A stretch of DNA of 64,000 nucleotides from Malacoraja senta. Lineage: Eukaryota. The stretch lies in the NCBI GenBank assembly GCA_038087875.1, contig CM075988.1, positions 5,704,001-5,768,000 on the forward strand, written 5' to 3'. Under the pieces are notes generated by a model that worked only from the letters and a program-made list of their open reading frames with translations, did no database searches and had not been told where the DNA came from. The position numbers and the translations under genes were made by a program. This document shows, piece after piece, positions 12,877 through 25,575 of this stretch (the stretch's first letter is position 1; every line of letters begins with the position of its first letter).

Positions 12877-12904
12877 CTGAAGAAGGGTCTCGACCCGAAA
12901 CGTC
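12877..12904 (+). ncRNA. Minimal hammerhead-ribozyme-like motif in a Penelope pLTR-like segment (representative copy)
   Basis: CTGAAGA-A-GGGT(CTCG)ACCC-GAAA-CGTC: CUGAnGA box, helix II, GAAA box, palindromic ACGU mini-helix III and GUC site. Confidence 0.6.
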
Positions 12905-15116
12905 ACCCATTCCTTTTCTCCGGAGATGCTGCCTGACCCCCTGAGATACTCCAGCTTTTTGTGTCTACCTCTGGAGAACATGGATAGATGACATTTCTGG
13001 TCGAGGGCCCTTATAACTTAAAATGTAACATCGATGAAAGAGCTAATATGTAGCCAGACAGAACTGCAGATGCTGGTCTACAAAAAAAATACACAAAGTG
13101 CTGGAGTAAGAAGGTGTGCTCAGCTTTTTGTGGGCTCTAGTTCCTATCAGGCCAGAGGACCGTGAGTTAACGTGAGGGCCAGTGTGTGTAATGAATAGGA
13201 GCGGCTGGCAAACCGGCGCTGCATGGCGGATGCTGAAACTCCAGCTGATGTTTTATTGGGCCAGTGTGAAGTGAATGTCTCTGCAATGTGGCTCTTTGCC
13301 AATCAGTTGATTGTAAGTTCAGCTCCAAAAATACAGCCGGGCTGTGATCCCCCTGACCTCCATCAATAAAGAGTTCCCTCAGCCTTTCCCTTGGCAAGCC
13401 AGCAATAACACAGCCCAAATTCTTCCGCCAGCAACCAGCCAGTTTTGTTTTCTTAAGCTCGCACTCTGGGGCTGAGGGAGACCCAGGAAAGAGCCACGCA
13501 TAAGCATGAGCATTGAAGCAGATATGTTCTGTGGCATAAATCTCTGGCCCAGCACTGCGGGGCTTCTGCACTACACGGAGCAAGGGAGGCCCAGGGGGCT
13601 GATCCATCGCACAGTGCAGAGGTCGGCAGTTGTTAACTGTTGCAATCTGCCTCTTCAACCCCGCTCTCTGCCCTCGTCAGTGTATAACTGTGGCTTCACG
13701 TTTCACGGGAGTGTTTTTATAAAATAGCCGGAGTGCCCCAAAGGCCAGGGTTCCCCGACGCTCACTGCAGGCCTCCGCTGCTATCAGTTAACTCGAACAC
13801 GCCTCATTTGCCCCCCTGGTGCTGGTGTGGCTTTAGATGGCAATATTTTCCAGAGTGATGCAGCGTGGTTGCCTGGTCAGCATCCCCTTGCCCACCCTGA
13901 CCTCCCAAGGGTGGTGGGTGTATGGAACGAGCTTCCAGAGGAGGTAGTTGAGGCGTGGACATAGCACCGTTTAAGAAACATTTAGACAGGTACATGGATA
14001 GGACAGGTTTAGAGGGATATGGACCAAACACAGGCAAGTGGGGCTAGTGCAGATGGGACATGTTGGTCGGTGTGGGCAAGTTGGGCCGAAGGGCCTGTTT
14101 CCATGTAGTATGATTTTAAGTATAGACTTGCCGGCTGTTTCATCAAACACACCCTCGGTCTGCCAAGGCCTAGCAGATATCCCGGTTGCTAACCATTTTA
14201 ACTGCCATTCCCATTCCCACACTGACCTTCTGTCCTGGGCCTCCTCCATTACTATATACTGTATTGGTGCCACACACAAAGTGGAGGAACAGCAACTCAT
14301 ATTCCGCTTAGGAAGCTTACAATCCAACGGTATGAACATTGAATTCTCCAATTTTAGCATAGAACTACCCCCACCCCCCCTTATCCAACTCTCTTCCCCA
14401 CACCGCAGCCATTTCCCCCACTATCCCTGTCCCTTCTTCCTGTCCCCTTACACCTAACCTATGTCCTTTCCTCTAGCTTCACATTTCATTCGTTATTTGA
14501 CACCATTTGGCCTTCCTTTTATCTTTAGCCTTTGTCTACCTGCCAATCAAATTCCATCTCACCTATCACTTGCCAGGCCTTGCTCCGCCCCCACCTCGTA
14601 TCCACCTATCACCCCTGCTACATCAATCAGTCTGAAGAAGAGTCCCGACCCCAATTATTATCTGTCCATTCCCTCCACAGATGCTACCTGACCTGTTTAG
14701 TTCCATTAGCACTTTGTGTTTTGCCCAAGATCCCAGCATCTGCTCTTCCTCGTTTCTCTATCTACTTTCATCTGATACAATAGCCCCTAGTTTTTTTAAA
14801 TCTCTTGTCCACTTGTAAATCTATCACTATTTTGCTCATTGCTCTACCTTGACATGGGTACTATAATACTAGTTCAGAGAGATTTGCATGGGTGCATGGA
14901 TAGACATGGTTTAGAGGGATGTGGGCTAAACGCGGGCAGATGGGACTAGCGTAGATGGGGCATCTTGACTGGGATGGGCAAGTTGGGCCGAAGGGCCTTT
15001 TTCCCTGTTGTATGACTCAATCTGTTAAGCTTGTATTTGACTTCATCATATTCTTGTGTAGTATTATCTGATCAGACTGGATATCACACAAACAAAAGTT
15101 TTCACTGTGTCTTGGT

Positions 15117-15245
15117 GGGTGGGAGATTGCAACCTTCATTGTTTCGACGAATGCAATCAACCCAGCGTGCACAATCAAATAAGATCAAATACAACAAGTT
15201 GTCCTACATCTTTAGTCTGTGCACGCCATACGCAAGAAGAAGAAG
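15117..15245 (+). mobile_element. Short RTE-like retroposon 3' end
   Basis: (AAG)n tail; 13-bp TSD actgtRtcttggt at 15104-15116 and 15246-15258. Confidence 0.55.
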
Positions 15246-15342
15246 ACTGTATCTTGGTATATGTGATAATAATAAAGATAAATCTAGATGTCACAAAATT
15301 CACTGGAGATGGAGATTGCCCCCATACAACTTCTCCGCTATT

Positions 15343-15638
15343 TAGGTTTAGGTTTAGAGATACAACACGAAACAGGCCCATCGGCCCATCGAGACGGCAT
15401 CGACCAGCGATTCCCAAATTATAACACTTATATCCTAGGGAGAAATTACAATTTGTACCGAGCCAATTAACCTACAAACCTGTACGTCTTATGATTGTGG
15501 GAGGAAACCGGAGATCTCGGAGAAAACTCATGCAAGTCACGGGGAGAACGTACAAACTCTGTACAGACAAGCACCCATAGTCAGGATCGAACCCGGGGCT
15601 CTGGCGCTGTAAGGCAGTAGCTCTGCCACGGCGCCACT
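15343..15638 (-). mobile_element. V-SINE (HE1-like)
   Basis: Head, core and tail as in the other copies. Confidence 0.75.
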
Positions 15639-15676
15639 GTAAACCAGTGCTTCCTTCCCGCACCAATCCTACTGTA

Positions 15677-16330
15677 CAATACAATACAATTTATTTGTCT
15701 TTTGGACAAATTTGTCATTTGGACCCCGTTGAGGTCCAAACGAAATGTCGATTCTGCAGCCATACATTACAAAACGAAGAAGACCCGAGACACAACACAA
15801 TTTACACATACATCCATCACAGCGCTGTGATGGAAGGCAAAAAAAAAACGTATCTCTCCACTGCACCCCCCCCCCGATGTCAGAGTCAAAGTCAAAGCCC
15901 CCGGCGGGCGATGGTGATTATCCCGCGGCCATTAAAGCCACGCCAGTTATTGCAAGGTCGCGCATCGGGTCTTTGTGTTAGAGCCCCGGTGTGCGCTCGC
16001 AAAGGACCGCGGCCACTCCAAGCCGCGCGGGGCAACGATGTAAAGCCCCGCTCCAGGTGCTCTTCAGCCCCAGGTTGTTCCTGCTGGAGGCCACTCCATG
16101 TTGCCCAGCCCCAACGACAACGGAGACCCGACAAAGAAAAGGTCGGGTCTCCCGTGCAGGGGAAAGATTTTAAAGTTCCCCCCCCCACCCCCACCCCCAC
16201 CCCCCCACACACATACCCTGACAAAAAAATAAATAAAAAACTACATAAAAACGAGACAAAAAATAATAAAAATAATAAAAAGACAGACAGACTGCAGAGG
16301 CCGCTGCAAACGAGAGTTGCGCCGCCCACT
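15677..16330 (-). mobile_element. GC-rich non-coding retroelement (structured family, copy 1)
   Basis: Homologous to 24713-25575; (ttgta)n tail; candidate TSD tactgta at 15670 and 16342. Confidence 0.7.
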
Positions 16331-16986
16331 CAAATCAAGGGTACTGTATATCCCTTGATTTCTCTAATATAGAAAAATCAGGAACTTTTCCCTTGGGTGG
16401 AAATGTCAAGGACTAGACGGCAAAACTTTAAGGTGAGAGGGGAAAAAATTCATGTTGATAGGTGATAGGAGCAGAATTAGGCCATTTGCCCTATCGTCTA
16501 CTCCGCCATTCAATCGTGGCTGATCTATCTCTCCCTTTTAACCCCATTCCCCTGCCTTTTCATAATCCCTGACACCGTACTAAATCTATCTATCTTTGAC
16601 TTCAAAATATCCATTGACTTGAGCCTATGATCTCTGGTCCTAGACAATGGAAACATCCTCTCCACTTCCACTCTAACCAGGCCTTTCACTATTCGGTAAG
16701 TTTCATCCTTCTAAATTCCAGCGAGTACAGGCCCAGTGCTGTCAAAGTGAAAGGAGCTATGCAGGGCAAGTTATTTTACACAGACCGTGATAGGGTGCAC
16801 TGTCAATGGTGGTGTACGAACAAAATATGATACTGCCGTTTAAGAGGCTTTAGATAGGCACCTGGAATGGATGGATATAGGTGGCATGCAGGCAGAGAAG
16901 ATTAGTTTAAGCTGGCACCATGTTTGACACAGGCTTTGTGGGCCGAAGGGCCTGATCCTGTGCGGTACTGTTCTATGTTATATATA

Positions 16987-17053
16987 GACACACAGACACA
17001 CACACACACACACACACACAGATGCACACGCAAACACACATACACACACACAG

Positions 17054-17108
<55 letters not shown>

Positions 17109-17110
17109 TA

Positions 17111-17151
<41 letters not shown>

Positions 17152-17173
17152 ACACACACACACACACAGATGC

Positions 17174-17210
<37 letters not shown>

Positions 17211-17240
17211 TGCACACGCAAACACACATACACACACACA

Positions 17241-17277
<37 letters not shown>

Positions 17278-17288
17278 ACACACACACA

Positions 17289-17362
<74 letters not shown>

Positions 17363-17367
17363 GATGC

Positions 17368-17458
<91 letters not shown>
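16987..17458. repeat. (CA)n microsatellite
   Basis: Visible tract. Confidence 0.95.
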
Positions 17459-17460
<2 letters not shown>

Positions 17461-17475
17461 GTATCTATCTCCGAA

Positions 17476-18001
17476 AGGGGCTGCCCCACTAGGGCGACCT
17501 ATTGGCGAGTTTAGAAGAGTTTGAAAAAATGTTGTTGAAGACCTCCTTCGACTATGTTGAAGACTAGCTTCGACTCGCTATGACTAGCTATGGCTAACTT
17601 CGGGAAAATTGGACACCGAATAATGGAGAGTGAAGACGACCTCCTTCCATCTCCTTCCATCTCCCTTCGACTATGATGAAGACAATCTACGACTACCTTT
17701 GACTACCTTCGACTACCCTCGATTATCTACGACTAACATGCCGACCTACTACGACCTACTACGACTAAACCTACGAGTAAAAAAAGTATAGTTTTTTTCC
17801 ATGGCGACCTTTATTTACTCGAGGGCATTTTTTAACATATTGAAAAAAACGCTGAGGCCTTGAGTACGCAGAGACCACTCTCGAGCATGAAGGAGAGTTA
17901 TGAAAACCTCCTACGACCTTGTGTCGACCATGCTGCGAGTATGAGTCGAGGGCAAACTCGCCTGAACTCGTAGATTAGGTCACCCAAGTGGGACAGGCCC
18001 T
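17476..18001. mobile_element. Longer Harbinger-type non-autonomous element
   Basis: TIRs AGGGGCTGCCCCACT / AGTGGGACAGGCCCT; right flank TAA, left GAA; shares cgaccatgctgcgagtatgagtc..gggcaaactcg with the MITE at 10596. Confidence 0.75.
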
Positions 18002-18565
18002 TAATAATCTCTGGCCGGAAAATGCTCAGTAACTTGGCATTGTCCTCTCAGCGAGAGAATTTGAACAATTTTCTCAGTCTGAGTGATGGACTGTCATCTC
18101 ATCGTATTCCTGACCTCTGATTCTGAGAATGTGACCCTTGGTTCTTGACAACCCCGGCAGAAGAAGTATCTTCCCTGCACCCGCACCAGTCGAGTCTGAC
18201 AACAGTTTGTGTCTTTCTTCACAACTCTGGAGTATACGATCCAGCCATCTTCAGCTCCCCTCCTGTGGCTAACCTGCCAGCACACGGGGAAATATGTTGA
18301 ACTATCTTCTTGTAAAATAAACTTGGGAACTGTTTGTCATTCTTTATTTAACTATTAATATACTGTTATCTTAGTTTAGTTTAGAGATACAGCGCAGAAA
18401 CAGGCCCTTCGGCCCACCTAGTCCGCACAGAACAGCGATCCCCCCACATTAACCCTACCCTACACACTCTAGGGATAATTTACATTTATACCAAGCCAAT
18501 TAACCTACAAGCCTGTATGTCTTTGGAGTGTGGGAGGAAACCGAAGATCTCGGAGAAAACCCACG

Positions 18566-19120
18566 TAGCTCAGGCCATCACACAAACCAACCTCCCTGAA
18601 GAAGCGTCTCGACCTGAAACATCCAACCTGTTCCTTTTCTCCAGAGATGCTGTCTGATTCATTGAGTTACTCCAGCTTTTTGTGCCTATCTCCCTTCCAT
18701 TGACTGCATTTACACCTCACGCTGCCTCGGCAAGGCCAGCAGCATAATCAAGGCTGAGTCGCACCCTGGCCACTCCCTCTTCTCCCCTCTCCCATCGAGC
18801 AAAAGGTATAGAAGTGTGAAAACGCACACAAACAGACTCAGGGGCAGTTTCTTCCCCAGACAATCAGGCAACTGAACCATCCCACCAACAACTAGAGAAC
18901 AGTCCTAAGCTACTATCTACCTCATTGTGGACCCTCGGACTACCTTTAATCAGACTTTACAGAACTTTATCTTGCACTAAACGTTATTCATGTTATTCCT
19001 TTATCATGTATCTATACACTGGCTCGATTGTAACCATGTATTTGTCTTTACGCTGACTGGTTAGCACGCAACAAAGCTTTTCACTGTACCTCGGTATACA
19101 TGACAATAAACTAAACTCAA
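18566..19120 (+). mobile_element. Rex1-like LINE 3' end with a nested Penelope pLTR fragment
   Basis: AQAITQTNLP remnant; 3' end ttcactgtacctcggtatacatgacaataaactaaac. Confidence 0.6.
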
Positions 19121-19265
19121 AATATGTGGGTACAGGGGTGCAGGGGGGTCTGGGTAAGAGGGGGGGTGTACACTTGACTTTGGGGAATTCAACTTTCAAA
19201 TCAGTGGGTTGTAAGCTACCCAAATGGAATATGAGGTGCTGTTCATCCACTTTGTCTATGGAACC

Positions 19266-20021
19266 AATGCACTACAATGTGCTACAATGTGCTACAATGT
19301 GCTACAATGTGCTACAACGCGCTACAATGTGCTACAATGCACTACAATGTGCTACAATGTGCTACAATGTGCTACAACGCGCTACAATGTGCTACAACGC
19401 GCTACAATGTGCTACAATGTGCTACAATGTGCTACAATGTGCTACAGTGTTCTACAATGTGCTACAACGCGCTACAATGTGCTACAATGCGCTACAATGT
19501 GCTACAATGTTCTACAACGCGCTACAATGTTCTACAACGCGCTACAATGTGCTACAATGTGCTACAATGCACTACAATGTGCTACAATGTGCTACAATGT
19601 GCTACAGTGTTCTACAATGCGCTACAATGTTCTACAATGTGCTACAATGTGCTACAATGTTCTACAATGTGCTACAACGCGCTACAATGTGCTACAATGC
19701 GCTACAATGTGCTACAATGTTCTACAACGCGCTACAATGTTCTACAACGCGCTACAATGTGCTACAATGTGCTACAATGCACTACAATGTGCTACAATGT
19801 GCTACAATGTGCTACAACGCACTTCAATGTGCTACAATGTGCTACAACGCGCTACAATGTGCTACAACGCACTTCAATGTGCTACAATGTGCTACAATGC
19901 ACTACAATGTGCTACAATGTGCTACAACGCGCTACAATGTGCTACAACGCACTTCAATGTGCTACAATGTGCTACAATGCACTACAATGTGCTACAATGC
20001 GCTACAATGTGCTACAATGCT
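19266..20021. repeat. 10-bp minisatellite (GCTACAATGT)n, about 75 units
   Basis: Strict 10-nt periodicity with variant units. Confidence 0.97.
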
Positions 20022-21375
20022 GAGAACTGTATTCTGCACTACATCTCCTTCTTACACATGTCATCACCAGCATCTGCAGCTCCTTCCTGCATATCTCGTC
20101 CGCTCCACCGAAGAGGTTCTCCTCTCTCTGACGAGAGTTCTGCTACACCCTCTCCTGCTGCAAACCCCCTGTACATACATTTGTTCTATACCTCTCCACA
20201 CCACCGTCTATATCTCTCATTTCCCTTTCCCCTGGCTCTCAGTCTGAAGAAGGGTCTCAACCCGAAACATCACCAATTCCTTTTCTCCAGAGATGCTGCC
20301 TGACCCACTGAGTTACTCCAGCTTTTGGAGTCTATTCTCAGTAGCTTCCCCTTTTGTTCTGCCTGTTGTACACAAGTTTGGCATGATTGTACTTATGTAT
20401 AGTATTATTGATTGGGCAGCATGCAAAACAAAGCTTTTCACTGTACCTCAATGCACGCGGCAATAATAAACCTAGGTAGGTTACAATGACAGGCAGCACC
20501 CTTGTGTAGTGGAGCAGAGAGCCTGTGTTGCAGGTGAGAGTGGGTACAACCCCATCACTCCAGAAGCTCCATCTTCATAGAGTTACACAGCAAGAAGACA
20601 GGCCCTTCAGCCCAGCTCATCCTTACTGCCCCATCTAAGCTAGCCCTGCATTTGGCTTGTAACCCTCCAAACATTTGCTATCCATGGACCTGTCCAAATG
20701 TATTTTAAATAGAGTCAAATGTCATTGAGTCATACAGCACAAACCGCATTGAAACAGGTCCTTCAGCCCAACTCATCCATGCCGACCAGGATGCCACATC
20801 TACACTAGTCCCAATGGCCTGCATTTGGCCCACATCTCTTTCAACTTTTCCTCGCCATGTACCTGTCCAGGTGTCTTTAAACTGTTGTTATAGTACCTGC
20901 CACAACAACCTCGTTCCACACACCCAGCCCCCTCTGACTGCTATTCTTGCTATTATAAATCTTGTTATTAAATTGTTGTTATTCTGAAGCCTAGTTATTG
21001 ACAATGACAGGGCAAGTTTTGGAAATAAAGACTATACCACCCAGGATCGCTGATAAAGAGGCCTTTGATTCAGGAATAGTTTCATTTCATTTCATTTAGT
21101 TGAGTTTAGTTGGTTTGAGTTGAGTTTAGTTTCTTTAGAGGTTCAGCATGGAGTCAGGCCCTTTGGCCCACCTAGTCCAGGCTGACTATCGAACGCCCAT
21201 TCACACTGGCTCTATGTTACCCCACTTTCTCGTCAACTACCCGCACACTAGGGGCGATTTATAGAGGCCAATTAACCAACAAACCCACACGCCTTTGGGA
21301 TGTGGGAGGAAACCGGAGCACCCAGAGAAAACCCACATGGTCACAGGGAGAATATGCAACTCCACACAGACAGCA

Positions 21376-22028
21376 TGTGTGTGTGTGTGTGTGTATGTGT
21401 GTATGTGTATGTCTGAGTGTGTGTGTGTGTTTGTTCATGAATGTGTCCGTGTGCGAGGGTGTGAGTGTATGAGTATGCATGCATATGTGTGTGTGTGTGT
21501 GTGTTTGTGTTTGTGAATGTGTGCGTGTGTTTATATGTGTAAGTGTGTTTGTGTACATGTGTGATTGTGTGAGTGTGTGTATATGTGTGATTGTGTGAGT
21601 GTGTGCACGTGTGTGTGAGCATGTGGATGTGAATGTGTGAGTGTGCGCGCGTGTGTGTGTGTGTGTGTGTGCATGTGTGTGTGTGCGTGCTCGTGCATGT
21701 GTGTGTGCGTATGAGAGTGCGCGTGCATGTGTGTGTACGTGTGAGTGTGTGTGTGTCTGTGTGTGTGTGTGTGAGTGTGTGTGTCTGTGTGTGTGTGAGT
21801 GTGTGTGTGTGCATGTGTGTGTGTGTGTGTGTGTGCTCGTGCATGTGTGTGTGCGTATGAGAGTGCGCGTGCATGTGTGTGTACGTGTGAGTGTGTGTGT
21901 GTCTGTGTGTGTGTGTGTGTGTGAGTCTGTGTGTGTCTGTGTGTGTGTGAGTGTGTGTGCGTGAGTGCGTGAGTGTGTGAGTGTGTGTGTGTGTGTGTAT
22001 GTGTGTGTGTGAGTGAGTGTGTGTGTGA
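21376..22028. repeat. Degenerate (GT)n microsatellite
   Basis: Visible tract. Confidence 0.9.
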
Positions 22029-22845
22029 GTTTGCCAGGTTGGCTTCCACTTTAGCAGCAGCCTACGAGGCTGTGGCCCTTTAAGTGGGAACAGGCTGTGT
22101 GCCGCGGGGCTGCAGTGCCTGGTTGTAACTCAGTGCCTCTGCCTCGCTCTGACCCTCACATACCCGCCTGCCTCCACTGCACTCTGCAGGTCTGTTCTGC
22201 ATTTTCCCGGCTAATACCCAGACTATGAAATCATCCAGTCAATTCCCCAGCCACCACAGAAGTCGTGACAAATTTCCTTCATATTTATGGCAGAGGGAGC
22301 CAGAAGATCAGGGTGGTGGAATATTGCCCAGCATTGTCCCTGCTTCCCTGGGTGAGTTAAACACACATTGAGAGGTCACTCCCTGGATGCTGGCAACAGC
22401 TCCCAACACATGCTGAATTTATTAGAGAGAAGGAAGTGAAACCTGACATTACTGACACTTCGCACCCTCTCCATATCCTGTCTGCTAGACGACAATAACA
22501 TGCCCAAAGTATGTTTGATGACACGGACACATTTATATCCTTTATCCAAAGAGAAGGATCCTTTTCAACGTGGGCTGTAACCCCCTCACCGTGATCAGAG
22601 CTAATCGTGGTCTCGGTAGGAAGTTGTTGCAGCAATGCTGGGAGGGAAATGTAATTCCTTCTCCCGCGAGTAGGTTGAGGCACGGGGTGGTCCGCACATT
22701 CCTGTGTTTAACGGGAACTTTGCCAAAGGTCTCTTGGGGAAAAGCTCAGACCAAAACCCCCAGATGCCTCTGGTATTTTTATGAATGGGTTTTCACAGAA
22801 AACACAACATGTCTGAACCTAAACTGTGTTTTTGGGGGAGGTCTT

Positions 22846-24150
<1,305 letters not shown>

Positions 24151-24618
24151 ACGCGTGATGTACTCATTTGCTTTTACCTACACAGGTGTGTTTTATCTGT
24201 GGAGGCTCAACAAATTGAAGATACATAGATACATAGATACATAGAAAATAAGTGCAGGAGTAGGCCATTCGGCCCTTCGAGCCTGCACCGCCATTCAATA
24301 TGATCATGGCTGATCATCCCTCAGTATCCCGTACCTGCCTTCTCTCCATACCCCCTGATCCCTTTAGCCACAAGGGCCACATCTAACTCCCTCTTAAATA
24401 TAGCCAATGAACTGGCCTCAACTACCCTCTGTGGCAGAGAGTTCCACAGATTCACCACTCTCTGTGTGAAAACATTTTTCCTCATCTCGGTCCTAAAGGA
24501 TTTCCCCCTTATCCTTAAGCTGTGACCCCTTGTCCTGGACTTCCCCAACATCGGGAACAATCTTCCTGCATCTAGCCTGTCCAACCCCATAAGAATTGTG
24601 TACGTTTCTATAAGATCC

Positions 24619-24693
24619 AAAGGACAAAGGACAAAGGACATTTATTGTCACATACACCAAATGGTGTAGTGAAATTTGTTCTTGCCATGCAGC
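24619..24693 (-). mobile_element. 75-bp LINE 3' tip inserted in CR1
   Basis: TSD aagatcc at 24612-24618 and 24694-24700; stem-loop, AATAAA and (tgtcctt)n tail. Confidence 0.75.
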
Positions 24694-24712
24694 AAGATCC
24701 CCTCTCAATCTT

Positions 24713-25575
24713 GGTTGGTTGAGTTGGTTGCAGCGACTTGGTTGCAGCGGCCTCTGCAGTCCGTCTGTCTTTTTTATTATTATTATTTTTTTTTGTTTCG
24801 TTTGAGTTTTGTTTTTAGTGTTTTTTTAACGGGGTATGTGTGGGGGGCGGGGGGCGGGGGGTAGGGAGGGGGGAACTTTTAAAATCTTTTCCCTGCACGG
24901 GAGAACCGACCTTTCTCTGTCGGGTCTCCGTTGTCGTTGGGGCCTAGCACCGTGGAGCGGCCTCCAACCGGAACGACCTGGGGCTCCAGTCGCGGAGCCT
25001 GCGGACTTCTCACCATCGTGGAGCTGCCCGACTTCGGAGCGGGAGGGGCTGTGGTGGCGCGCGGCTGCGACCCGACCCCGGAGATTTGGAGGCTTCAGCC
25101 GCGGGACTGGTGGACGGTAACATTGGGAGCCCGCGGGTCCATGATGGGAGACCGCTTTTCGGAGCTCCCGCAACGGCAGCTACTCCCGCCCGAGTTGCGG
25201 GGTTGAAGATGACCTGGAGCGTGGTCTGGCATCGCCCGGTGCGGCATTGGTGGCCGTGAGACTTGCTGGCGCTACCGGAGGCTACAACATCAAGACCCGG
25301 AGCGGGGTCTGGCTTCGCCCGGCGCGGCTTTGGTGGCCGCGGGATATGTTTACAGTCGCCCGCCGGGGGCTTTGACTCTGACATCGGGAGGAGAATGGAG
25401 TGCAGGGGAGAGATAAGACTTTGTCTTCCATCACAGTGAGGAGGAGACTCACTGTGATGGATGTTTGTGTAAATTGTGTTGTGTCTTTTTTAATTGTTTG
25501 TATGACTGCAGAAACAGAATTTCGTTTGAACTTAGGTTCAAACGACAACAAATAAATATCTAAAAATCTAAAAAT
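24713..25575 (+). mobile_element. GC-rich non-coding retroelement (structured family, copy 2) inserted in CR1 ORF2
   Basis: Splits CR1 tcaatctt|ctaaattctagcgag; AATAAA plus (atctaaaa)n tail. Confidence 0.8.

Noticed and set aside
19266..20021. CRISPR-like array
   Set aside because: No unique spacers; vertebrate tandem repeat
19126..20303. Long ORFs in all three plus frames (CATMCYNVLQ repeats)
   Set aside because: The 10-bp unit has no stop codon on this strand, and the array sits in a LINE UTR
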